From contig JAPPNJ010000194.1 of the NCBI GenBank assembly GCA_028818705.1, forward strand, positions 10,909-74,908: 64,000 nucleotides of DNA, written 5' to 3'. This DNA is from Candidatus Poribacteria bacterium (lineage in GTDB: Bacteria; Poribacteria; WGA-4E; WGA-3G). Shown one piece after another: positions 17,819 to 26,757 of the stretch. The position numbers and the translations under genes were made by a program. The notes below the pieces were generated by a model that ran no database searches, was not told the origin of the DNA, and was given only the letters and a program-made list of their open reading frames with translations. How positions within the stretch are numbered: the stretch's first letter is position 1; each line of letters starts with the position of its first letter.

Positions 17819-18976
17819 TTATTTCGCCCAGAGCGGGATCAATATCTTTGTTAATTCCGCCAAACTTTCCAAATTGTGTGCTGGAAGGAAATAGTCGACA
17901 TAAGGCAGTGCGGTGCGAATACCCCGACAAATCGGTTGATAGCCGTCACTACCGAGCAACGGATTGAGCCAAATTAACCGATAAGCGTGCCGATGCAACA
18001 TCTCCATTGAGTACCGCAGCACCTCTACATCACCTCGGTCCCAACCGTCGCTGATGAGAATAACCACCGTGCGATACGCCGAAAAAGAAGGGGCGAACTG
18101 CCGATAAAATTCCAGCAGACTTTCACCAATTTTTGTCCCACCCGACCAATCCGGTACAACATCCGCCACTTCATTTAAGCCCTCTGCCAACCCTTTCCGT
18201 CTCAGGAGTCCAGTAATGTCGGTCAGATGGGTGCTGAAGACTGCGACTTCCACTTCCTTTAACTCTTTCTGCATGCCGTATATAAATTGGATGAGGAATT
18301 TGGCGTAACAGTCCATCGATCCGCTGACATCACAAAGAAGCAGGATCTTCGTCTTTTTAATTTTTTGCTGTTTCCGAATTAATTCGAGCGGTTCGCCACC
18401 GTGTACAAGACTCTTTCGCCAACTCCGTCGGAAGTCGATGATTTTGCCTTTTTTTCCTACAACTTTCCTACGACTCAATCTTGTAGCCAAGAGTGCAGCT
18501 AATTTCGCTACAATCTCCCGTGCTCTCTCCATATCCTCTGTCGTGAATTCGCTAAAATCTTTTCGGGTCAGGACCTCTTCTACGCTATAAGCAGTTGAAT
18601 CGTCTTCCTCGCCTTCCGCGTCATCTTCTGTTTCTGAGTCTAACCACTGTTCCAGCATGTCCTGTTCATCACTTGTATCGGAGAGATCTTGGAGACTGGA
18701 CGCTTCGGATGTTTCGCTTTCCGCGTCAACGGCTTCAAATTCGGTGCGCGGGTATCGCCAAAACAGATTAAAAGCGAGGTCGAATGTTTCTATATCGGTG
18801 TCTTTAGAGATAAGGTTTGTCCGTGCTGTGTGATAAAACGCGTCTCGTTCACCGATATCGATGAGTTGAACGCTTCTGCACCAGCTGAGTTGATTGGTTG
18901 TTGTTACATTAACACCCATCTGTCGGAGCAAAGCGCAGAAGTCAGTGATCTGTTGGAGTAAGGTCTGTTCAGTCAT
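17819..18976 (-). CDS. CoxE-like vWA-domain protein
   Basis: It has an acidic linker followed by LLCDVSGSMD ... VVILISDGWDRGD ... LIWLNPLLG, the layout typical of the VWA_CoxE family. Confidence 0.7.
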   Translation of the reverse strand: MTEQTLLQQITDFCALLRQMGVNVTTTNQLSWCRSVQLIDIGERDAFYHTARTNLISKDTDIETFDLAFNLFWRYPRTEFEAVDAESETSEASSLQDLSDTSDEQDMLEQWLDSETEDDAEGEEDDSTAYSVEEVLTRKDFSEFTTEDMERAREIVAKLAALLATRLSRRKVVGKKGKIIDFRRSWRKSLVHGGEPLELIRKQQKIKKTKILLLCDVSGSMDCYAKFLIQFIYGMQKELKEVEVAVFSTHLTDITGLLRRKGLAEGLNEVADVVPDWSGGTKIGESLLEFYRQFAPSFSAYRTVVILISDGWDRGDVEVLRYSMEMLHRHAYRLIWLNPLLGSDGYQPICRGIRTALPYVDYFLPAHNLESLAELTKILIPLWAK

Positions 18977-19067
18977 TTTTCTCTTTTTTTAAGCAAGCAA
19001 TGAAGGCGTCAAGTTCTTTAGAGAAACGGTTGAACAACTTGCCAACTTGCTTGGCATTTCTCTCCGT

Positions 19068-19865
19068 TTATTTGTAAACTAATTCCTCTCCATAGATATT
19101 ATTGAAAACGTGGCGGAATTCTAAGAGTTCCTCCAAAATTTCAAAGGTTTCTTGAGAAATCACTGGTTGTCGTTCTGCTTGCGGTTCTGCCATTTGTGTT
19201 AGTAATTCCTTATGCCATTTACTACCGTCAGGTATGCGTAAGTCAACATCAAGGGCGATTCGCCGAAAAATGTTCTCCATCTCTCTATAGCAGTCGACCA
19301 GATTTTTGGCAATCGTTGTTTTTATCTCTTCTCTGTATTCAGCAGGAGCTGTTTTGATTTTTTCTAACCTTTCCGCGATTTTTCCTATGGTCTCCTCTAT
19401 TTTATTTCGTTCATCAGAGATACGTTGGATTAACGCGTTTCTGGCCACCTTATAGATTACTCCTTTTTCGATGGGGATCAATTGGCTCTGAATTTTCTCG
19501 CGAAACAGCTCTTTGCTATTTTCAAAATCGACTAAGTCGACTTTAAACAACCCACTGATGTTCACTGCCTCTGACACTGCCCGAAAATATTTATCATTCG
19601 GAATACCCCAGATAGCAATATCGATATCCGACCATTTTGAGAACGACTTTGGTTCGGCAAGCGATCCGAACACGGCGACCTGCGTTGCACCAAACTCCTC
19701 ATAAAGCATGGCAGCAACCCGATGTGCGGTGTGCCATGCGCGTTGAAGTAACGCCTCATCCACCTTCCGGTTTTGGAGGTGTTGATTGAGCCGTTGGCGG
19801 TATTCCGCTAATTCTTCAGGCGATAAATCTTTTGCTTTCTGATGGATATCTGTGGGTTGATGCAT
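19068..19865 (-). CDS. Fusion of an MNT-type nucleotidyltransferase domain with a C-terminal HEPN/HepT-like helical domain
   Basis: The NTase signature is VAVFGSLAEP..SDIDIAIWG. The C-terminal region (IFRRIALDV..WHKELLTQM..LEFRHVFNNIYGEEL) resembles HepT-like or NTase-substrate-binding helical domains. Confidence 0.6.
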   Translation of the reverse strand: MHQPTDIHQKAKDLSPEELAEYRQRLNQHLQNRKVDEALLQRAWHTAHRVAAMLYEEFGATQVAVFGSLAEPKSFSKWSDIDIAIWGIPNDKYFRAVSEAVNISGLFKVDLVDFENSKELFREKIQSQLIPIEKGVIYKVARNALIQRISDERNKIEETIGKIAERLEKIKTAPAEYREEIKTTIAKNLVDCYREMENIFRRIALDVDLRIPDGSKWHKELLTQMAEPQAERQPVISQETFEILEELLEFRHVFNNIYGEELVYK

Positions 19866-20405
19866 ATCCTATCTCCTTGGAGAATAGAATAGCATAAAGT
19901 TGATTTGAAGGCAAGAAAAGAAAATTGAGCGATATAGCGTGAATTTCTGTCAGTTAGGAGGTAATTGATTCGTTGTTTGAACCTATTTTCTTAGGAACCG
20001 CCTTGTCGATCTGAGGTAAGTTAAAAAACATATCTGCATAGTTTGTCTTGAGAGTGAATTTCTCGATGAAAAAGCCGGCCGCTGAAGGTATCACTATTCT
20101 TGAGTAAGATGAGGGTCTGCAGTCTGAGGTGTCCTTAAGAGATCTCCACATTGTTTCAGCTTCATACGACCAATGACTTCTTATTACAATAAGATTTCCA
20201 TACTTCGTGTGCTAAAGTATGGTGTTCCCGTAACTACATCTCCAGGATATGCAGGAACCCTGATTCTTGTTAAGTTAGGGCACCTGGACCAATAGCAATG
20301 ATCATGTGTAAAGCACCTTGCTTACTCTTGTAGTAAACGCTAACAGATCAATACAGTTGTATATCTGATCCAAGTTTCATACCCCTGGCATACCGTAAGT
20401 GGTTA

Positions 20406-20990
20406 TTACAGCATACCTATTGATGATTGAGGAACATGTTGCTGTGGGCCGGCTGATACCCAAAAAATTTCCTCTATCTGTGCCTTATGAGATGACCAAT
20501 GGTTAGTTCTCCATTTCTTACCGCGATGGTAATATACTTCAAAAAGAAACTCACCATTACTATAAGACAGTGGATTACTCTGGATTGGTGCTAAGTTACT
20601 CATCAGATTGGGAATAGCTTGATTGTAAAGCCTGGCTGCCCGAAGCCTGATTGTTGATAGATCATAGCACGCAAAGTAACAGAAACGATTGGATTCAAGC
20701 AAACGGTCAGCGAAATCCTCATTTGACGCTCTCAGCTCTACATGGAACGCTAAACGCTCCATATTGTTGTGTATCTGATGTAATGTTCCGGCTTTTTCTG
20801 CATGCACTACATAGTCTTGGGCAATAGTACCAGGACCAATTTGAGGATTGTCGGAGCGTAGTCTGGAGTTGGACCAAGTATCCAACGTGACCACGACTCC
20901 CCTATTAGAAAGATGCCAATTGCTCTGCTGAATGTTGTGCCAAACAGAATTTCTAAAGTAAATGAAGGGTTTTTGACTCTCAAGCAACAT
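20406..20990 (-). CDS. Hypothetical protein (194 aa) in an AT-rich islet
   Basis: This is the long ORF of an AT-rich stretch. I recognised no motif, and no signal peptide or TM segment. Confidence 0.45.
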   Translation of the reverse strand: MLLESQKPFIYFRNSVWHNIQQSNWHLSNRGVVVTLDTWSNSRLRSDNPQIGPGTIAQDYVVHAEKAGTLHQIHNNMERLAFHVELRASNEDFADRLLESNRFCYFACYDLSTIRLRAARLYNQAIPNLMSNLAPIQSNPLSYSNGEFLFEVYYHRGKKWRTNHWSSHKAQIEEIFWVSAGPQQHVPQSSIGML

Positions 20991-21095
20991 ATTTTTTCCG
21001 CCCCTTTACTCAAGTAGTGGATTACTTACTAAAGTCTAACATACCTATAGGCAATTTTACAAATTAAAATGTGCTGAAATTTGATTGGGATCCCT

Positions 21096-21160
21096 CTACG
21101 GCCAGAAATTATACATCGGTTGCTACGTCACAACACTGGTAGGACTTCAGGTACTCCCAT
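21096..21160 (-). repeat. Decayed duplicate of the 3' end (last ~20 codons plus stop) of the membrane gene ending at 21851
   Basis: 21100-21138 matches 21855-21893 at 37 of 39 nt, and similarity decays over the next ~25 nt. The relic reads ..SVVT*QPMYNFWP*, with CAG changed to TAG. Confidence 0.85.
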
Positions 21161-21183
21161 GTTTCGAGATTGTTGAAAACCGT

Positions 21184-21212
21184 TTGACTTGCGGGAGAGC
21201 TTGTGATATACT
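21184..21212 (+). promoter_or_regulatory. Sigma70-like promoter (TTGACT, 17-nt spacer, TATACT) of the toxin-antitoxin cassette
   Basis: TTGACT is at 21184-21189 and TATACT at 21207-21212. Confidence 0.45.
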
Positions 21213-21331
21213 TTCTTTGCGCACAGGATTTTTTCATTCGTTAGCATACATGTATCGCAATTCGGAATCGGGGATTTTCACTTATAGGAACAAACGTGAG
21301 AAGGAGCAGAGTTCTTCTATCGATCCAGTAA

Positions 21332-21585
21332 AAAGTCGTTAGGAATTTCTATCAAATAACTGAACATGCCCTGGATGAGATGCGAAAGGACGCACTCTCA
21401 ATGGTTGATGTGAAGCACGCAATTCGGAAAGGTCGGGTGGTTCAGAGATTTACACATGACCGGAGAGGTATCCGATATAGACTCCAGGGTCCTGCACGCG
21501 ATGGGAGAAAGATTAACGTGATTTGTCGTTAGACTCAGGAGAATTGCGGATCATAACAGTCTACGCAACAGAAGGGACACAATAA
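21332..21585 (+). pseudogene. DUF4258-family toxin gene, degraded: no start codon and a -1 frameshift at about 21529
   Basis: The first frame reads KVVRNFYQITEHALDEMRKDALSMVDVKHAIRKGRVVQRFTHDRRGIRYRLQGPARDGRKINVICR*. It continues in the -1 frame as LDSGELRIITVYATEGTQ*. A TAA sits directly upstream and there is no ATG/GTG/TTG. Its stop overlaps the antitoxin ATG (TAATG). Confidence 0.7.
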
Positions 21586-21821
21586 TGAAAGCTTCTGAAT
21601 GTGAATATTGCAGTGGTGAGATTCACCAGAAGAAAGTTACCGTTGATCACTGGTATGAGGAGAAGTTGGTAATCATTAAAGATGTACCAGTCGGGGTCTG
21701 CCAAGAGTGTGGTCAGCGGTATTATGCAGCTGCAACCTTAGATCATCTTGATGCTATGGCGCGGAATAGTGATACCGCGCCGGAAAGAATATCTGTCCCG
21801 GTCATGGTGATGGGTACTTAA
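21585..21821 (+). CDS. YgiT-type zinc-finger protein (MqsA-family antitoxin-like)
   Basis: It carries CEYC..(x29)..CQECG with the characteristic VPVGVCQECGQRYY block. This family is a typical partner of DUF4258 toxins. Confidence 0.75.
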   Translation: MKASECEYCSGEIHQKKVTVDHWYEEKLVIIKDVPVGVCQECGQRYYAAATLDHLDAMARNSDTAPERISVPVMVMGT

Positions 21822-21850
21822 TTATTGGCGTGTAAGGGCAATGCTACTCC

Positions 21851-22312
21851 CTAGGGCCAGAAATTATACATCGGTTGCTGCGTCACGACACTGACAAGAC
21901 TCCAGATCCCTCCAACAGTAAAATCGCCTAACATCAACCCGATCGCGAACATCACTAACTGCTGAGATGCTCGCGGTCCTCCAATTTTCAAGACACCCCA
22001 CTTAATAATTGAACTCACCAACATACAACTCCACAGATACCGCATGCCCCAATCGCTGGAAACAACAAACCCAATCGGATGAAAGGGCCACCAGAAAAAA
22101 CGTGCCCGCATAAACATCAACAGGGTCGAAAAGAGTAAGCCGAACACAATACCGCCGGTAGCATAGAAATTTGGTTCTGTCGGATAATAGAGCCACCGTT
22201 GGAGTCCGTTAAAGACGCGTCCACCGAAACCTGTTGCCCAACCGCTGCCACCGCTCATGTTCAAAGCACCATAAGTATAGAAGATGTAGGCGATGACCCC
22301 GAATACCATCAC
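21851..22312 (-). CDS. C-terminal fragment of a large polytopic membrane protein, probably the same gene as 22333..23778
   Basis: It encodes 4-5 hydrophobic helices. The only available start is a GTG inside a TM-like segment. The reading frame stays open upstream to 22381 and overlaps the end of the upstream ORF. Confidence 0.6.
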   Translation of the reverse strand: MMVFGVIAYIFYTYGALNMSGGSGWATGFGGRVFNGLQRWLYYPTEPNFYATGGIVFGLLFSTLLMFMRARFFWWPFHPIGFVVSSDWGMRYLWSCMLVSSIIKWGVLKIGGPRASQQLVMFAIGLMLGDFTVGGIWSLVSVVTQQPMYNFWP

Positions 22313-22332
22313 AGCAGCGAACGCTGAAATTC

Positions 22333-23778
22333 CTAATAACGCAATAATCGCCTCGGCGCAATGCCTGAACGCTCCGAGAGTTTAAAACCTTCTAACTGGT
22401 GCGGCATCGGATTGCTTGTGTAACTCCGATTAAACCAACGGTAGAGTGTTAGGGCAACAAGGTTATTTGTGCCTAACAGCCGTGTGCCGAAGCCGTCAAC
22501 GAGGATATGATGGTTCGGCATGTTTTCCATCGCATGCACAGGAAACCCTTGCTCGGCGCGCATCCGCGTTAACACCAAGACAATGATGAAATAGATTGCG
22601 AAAAACAATGGAATTAACCAGGGCGACATGCCGATGCGTTTGGAGAAGACAAAGAGTATTACGAGTCCACCAACAATACCCCACAGCGCGAATCTATATG
22701 GAATTGGCTCATCGGCATCTTCACCAGTCCTGTGTCTCACGATGCGAAGGACACCGCGAAGGTGGCGAAGGTTCAACACTAACACGGAGATAAAAATTCC
22801 AATGGCGGCACCGAAACACTGCCGATCAATGTATGGAAATCCAGGTAGGCTGGATAGTCCGATAGCACTCGTCAGTACTAACTGTGCCTTGTAGAAAATG
22901 AAGAAGAACCAACTGGAAAACGAAAGATCTAACGGCATTAGAAGCCCAAGTCCTATGACGAAGGGATAGTAGGACATGCTAATACCGCCGATGGCGTTCC
23001 ACGGTTTTTCTGTGAATAGATGCCCAAACCCGCGCCAGCCACCGATACGCTTAATCGGTAGGGTAGGAAGGGTCGGGTACAGAAAACTGAAACCGTTGAG
23101 GATTGCAATGGATGCTGCAATCCCGAAACCGAGCCATGTGATGCGGTGTGAAAACAGTGATTTCGTGTTGTGGGTAACGTGAAACGCGATTTGGGTGATG
23201 GGATAAGCGAGACGTTCGCGTTCTACCCACTGTTTTCGCAGGATGACGTTGATGCACAACATCACGAGCACCAGAACCGTCATGAATCCCGCCCAAGATA
23301 GTGTTGGCACTAACCACGCACCGATGATATCCAATGTGGAAAGATTGGATTCGCCTACATAGTAACCTGCGAGCACTTTTGGATCATCAACAAGGAGCCA
23401 TTTGGGAAGGTAATCCCAGAAAAGCTGCTTCCACTCATTTTCGGGAGTTGCAAACCAGAAGGCGTGTCCAACGGTTGTGACAAGGATTGTCATCAGTGTA
23501 ATAGATGGAAAAGCGCATGCTGTGCTGAGTAGAATGTATATCGTGAGGAGTTCCGCGTCGGTGAATAAGCGTCGGCGAACGGTGAAATTGAGGAGGGTAA
23601 AAGCAAAGACGACGAAAACAACGTTGTAAAAGGGGACTGCATACGTGTTCAAGGCATAACCGACGAGTCCGACTTCGCCCGCGATGATCCAGTAAAAATT
23701 AAACGGAATCAGCACGAGCGTAATGGCAATAGATTTCCATGTGACACCGTGCGATTTTGGACGATCGTCTTCTCTCAT
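22333..23778 (-). CDS. N-terminal part (481 aa) of a large polytopic membrane protein of unknown function
   Basis: It has about 11 predicted TM helices and no motif I can assign. It ends 21 nt before the next ORF, in a different frame. Confidence 0.65.
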   Translation of the reverse strand: MREDDRPKSHGVTWKSIAITLVLIPFNFYWIIAGEVGLVGYALNTYAVPFYNVVFVVFAFTLLNFTVRRRLFTDAELLTIYILLSTACAFPSITLMTILVTTVGHAFWFATPENEWKQLFWDYLPKWLLVDDPKVLAGYYVGESNLSTLDIIGAWLVPTLSWAGFMTVLVLVMLCINVILRKQWVERERLAYPITQIAFHVTHNTKSLFSHRITWLGFGIAASIAILNGFSFLYPTLPTLPIKRIGGWRGFGHLFTEKPWNAIGGISMSYYPFVIGLGLLMPLDLSFSSWFFFIFYKAQLVLTSAIGLSSLPGFPYIDRQCFGAAIGIFISVLVLNLRHLRGVLRIVRHRTGEDADEPIPYRFALWGIVGGLVILFVFSKRIGMSPWLIPLFFAIYFIIVLVLTRMRAEQGFPVHAMENMPNHHILVDGFGTRLLGTNNLVALTLYRWFNRSYTSNPMPHQLEGFKLSERSGIAPRRLLRY

Positions 23779-23859
23779 GGATGCCTTAGGTTTTGGTCAA
23801 AAAAGGCGAGGTTGCGAACCTCGCCAGCAGATATGAGTTACTTATAGGTTTTGCTATAA

Positions 23860-24846
23860 TCAGGGCTGAATGGAACCAGCATAGAGGTCGTTCAGCGCAT
23901 CTTCAGGAAGCGGTTCGGGACTGTTCTTGGCAAACTCGAGTGCCTCGTCAAGTTCATTTGAAAGTTCTTCTTCAAGTGCCAAGAGTTCTTCTTGGCTTAC
24001 ACCCACTTCTTCGATGAGGACTTGGGCGAGTCTCCGAATCGGATCGCGTTGTCGTTCTTGCTCTTGAACCTCTTCGCGGTCGCGGTAGGAAGTTCCTGGA
24101 TCACCGATATGATGCCCTCGAAATCTATAGGTATCGCAGTTAAGGAGCGTCGGGCCGCCACCATCACGTGCCCGTCTAACAGCTTCGCCTGCTGCGGCAT
24201 AAACCTTGAGGACATCGTTCCCGTCAACCGTGACACCGGGCATATCATAGGCAGGCGCGCGGACAGCAGCGATATCTTCTACACGCTGGTGGTCGCGTTG
24301 TGGTGTTCCCATGCCAAATCGGTTGTTTTCGCAGACGAAAATGACTGGTAGATCCCATACGGCGGCGAGGTTAAGCGTTTCATGGAAGACCCCTTGGTTC
24401 GTGGCACCATCACCAAAGAAAGATACTGCAACCTGCTTTGTGCCGCGGAGTTTGGCGGAAAGCCCAGCACCCGCTGCGAGTGGAATACCGGCACCGACGA
24501 CGCCGTTGGCACCCAAAATGCCGGTGTCTTTATCGGCGATGTGCATCGAACCACCTTTACCTTTACAGTAGCCGGTCGTGCGAGCGAACAATTCTGCCAT
24601 CATCCGATCACGTTTACCACCCTTGGCAATGAGATGACCGTGGCCACGATGTGTACTCGTGATATAATCATCGTCTTGCAGGTGTGCGCAAACACCAACT
24701 GCGGTGGCTTCTTCGCCAATATAGAGGTGGAGGAAACCGGGAAGCTGACCGCTTTGATAAAGCGTTCCAGCGGCTTCTTCAAATTGACGAATCTCTACCA
24801 TTTTGCGATACATAAAGAGCATCTGATCTTTGCTCGGTTTTGACAT
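23860..24846 (-). CDS. Thiamine-diphosphate-dependent 2-oxoacid dehydrogenase E1 component, alpha subunit
   Basis: ATG is at 24846. E1-alpha blocks are YRGHGH-like (THRGHGH), the TPP-binding GDGATNQG..NN motif and DTYRFRGHHIGDP. Confidence 0.85.
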   Translation of the reverse strand: MSKPSKDQMLFMYRKMVEIRQFEEAAGTLYQSGQLPGFLHLYIGEEATAVGVCAHLQDDDYITSTHRGHGHLIAKGGKRDRMMAELFARTTGYCKGKGGSMHIADKDTGILGANGVVGAGIPLAAGAGLSAKLRGTKQVAVSFFGDGATNQGVFHETLNLAAVWDLPVIFVCENNRFGMGTPQRDHQRVEDIAAVRAPAYDMPGVTVDGNDVLKVYAAAGEAVRRARDGGGPTLLNCDTYRFRGHHIGDPGTSYRDREEVQEQERQRDPIRRLAQVLIEEVGVSQEELLALEEELSNELDEALEFAKNSPEPLPEDALNDLYAGSIQP

Positions 24847-24922
24847 AGTTCTTTTCCCATTTTTGTAGTGTTCAATTGTTTGACGGTTTCCCAATTGCTT
24901 GGGTACGACGCATCGTAAAAAT

Positions 24923-25618
24923 CTAAAACAGACGCGGATCATTAGCTTCAAGTGGGGCAATACATTCTGGAGAATCATTCATAGGACGATTGACAAACCT
25001 CGATACTGGATACGCCTCCATTTCCTCACCGGGGTAAGGAATAAGGAGCGGTTGAAGAGCATCTACTGGCTGTTCATCCGGAGAGAGCCACTGGGCATAA
25101 GCGTCAGCTGGCAAGATGACGGGCATCCTGTGGTGAATTTCCTCCAGCAAGGCATTCGGCGGACATGTAATAATAGTACAAGATTTCAGAGGTTCATCCA
25201 TATCCTTTGACTGCCATACCTCCCATAATCCTGCCACCGCGAAAGGTTTTTGCGATTTGAGACGGATATACACAGGCTGTTTGACTCTACTGCCGGGAAT
25301 CTGTTGCCATTCATAATAGCCGTCTGCTAAGACGAGACACCTTCTACGTTTATAGGCGTTGCGGAAGGACGGTTTCTCCGCAAGAGTCTCCGAACGGGCA
25401 TTAATCATCCGGTTTCCAATCTTAGGGTCTTTCGCCCAAGATGGAATAAGTCCCCAATGAAAAAATTCCACCTGCTTCTCAAGGGTGTTGGGGACAGATG
25501 CTACATCTTGTGTTGGTGAAATGTTGTAGCGAGGAGACAAGTTCATCGGCACCTCAAAGTCAAAGAAAACTTGCTGCAACATTTCGGGGTCGCTTGCGAG
25601 GGTAAATCGTCCACACAT
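24923..25618 (-). CDS. yedK: SOS-response-associated peptidase (SRAP/YedK family, abasic-site processing)
   Basis: It has the invariant N-terminal MCGRF, followed by PRYNISPTQ, FHWGLIPSWAKD, NARSETL and HHRMPVIL. Confidence 0.9.
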   Translation of the reverse strand: MCGRFTLASDPEMLQQVFFDFEVPMNLSPRYNISPTQDVASVPNTLEKQVEFFHWGLIPSWAKDPKIGNRMINARSETLAEKPSFRNAYKRRRCLVLADGYYEWQQIPGSRVKQPVYIRLKSQKPFAVAGLWEVWQSKDMDEPLKSCTIITCPPNALLEEIHHRMPVILPADAYAQWLSPDEQPVDALQPLLIPYPGEEMEAYPVSRFVNRPMNDSPECIAPLEANDPRLF

Positions 25619-25811
25619 TTTTCTGTCCTCAAGACTTACGAGCGTTCTTTGCCTTTACAGGTAAGATTTGTAAAACGCATTCTTTGTAAAGAGATAGATT
25701 TACAGAACGTGCCTGCTGGAATTTGGAGCATCGTCTCTGTGTTAAACGTATCACGAAACCTCAAATCCGTCAAATTGAAAACATTTAAAAGACATCAGCG
25801 TCTGAAGTTTG

Positions 25812-26651
25812 TTATACATCCTTTTTTGACTGAGGGACGAGAATATCGTCTCTCCAGCGGAGACGGAAAGATGGGCGCACAAGTGCCTCTGGTGATTGAA
25901 GCGTCAAGCCACCATCCGCAGTTAACACGATACCGGTAACAAAGTCAGCCTCGTCCGATGCCAAGAAAAGTGCAGCGTTGGCAATATCTTCAGGTTTCCC
26001 GTAGCGTCCGACCGGATAGCAATCACGAGAAGCTTGTTCTTCTAAGGCATCCTCTGCGAGAGAAACTTCGCCGCGTTCCCCAACAATCTGTCCGGGAGCA
26101 ATGGCATTGGCACGAATGCCTTCCCTGCCGTAGTCAAGTGCGATACTCCGCGTCAATGCATTCAAGCCGCCTTTTCCGGCACCATAAAGCCCAAATCCTG
26201 GATTCGTAATCGTTGCGTTAACCGTAGAGATAAATACTAAGGCACCGCCGCCATTACGAATCATTTCGGGGATACAATACTTCGCACCGAGCCACGGACC
26301 ACCGAGGGTCACGCCGAGGCTTTCATTCCATTCTTCGCGTGTGAATTCAATGGCTTTTTTAGTGTAAGAGTGTGCTGCGTTATGAACGAGTGTTGTTATT
26401 TTGCCGTAATTTGACAAAGCAGTTCCGACGAGCTTTTGCCAAGTTGTTTCATCGGCAACGTCACCCATAATTGCAACTGCTTCGCCACCGGCATCTTGAA
26501 TGCGATGGACAGTTTCTGCGAGTTTTTCTTCTCGGCGACGTGTGTTGACGACTACTTTTGCCCCTTCGCAAGCAAACCTATAGGCGGTCGCCGCGCCAAT
26601 ACCGCCCCACGCAGCACCCGCAACGATCGCAACTTTTCCTTCCAATCTCAT
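25812..26651 (-). CDS. SDR-family oxidoreductase
   Basis: It has a GxxxGxG-like motif (VAGAAWGGIGAA), NAA (HNAA), the catalytic YGAGK, and a PG motif (IAPG). Confidence 0.85.
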   Translation of the reverse strand: MRLEGKVAIVAGAAWGGIGAATAYRFACEGAKVVVNTRRREEKLAETVHRIQDAGGEAVAIMGDVADETTWQKLVGTALSNYGKITTLVHNAAHSYTKKAIEFTREEWNESLGVTLGGPWLGAKYCIPEMIRNGGGALVFISTVNATITNPGFGLYGAGKGGLNALTRSIALDYGREGIRANAIAPGQIVGERGEVSLAEDALEEQASRDCYPVGRYGKPEDIANAALFLASDEADFVTGIVLTADGGLTLQSPEALVRPSFRLRWRDDILVPQSKKDV

Positions 26652-26757
26652 AATATAGATCCCTTCTCCTTATGATTCTAGAGACTATCAACTATTATAC
26701 CATATTTTTCATTTTTGTGCTACAATGATAACAATTGTAATGAAGGGAGAAACTCGT

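Noticed and set aside
21085-21342. 85-aa plus-strand ORF
   Set aside because: It spans the relic copy of the neighbouring gene's 3' end (read on the wrong strand) and the toxin-antitoxin promoter. It has no RBS or motif.
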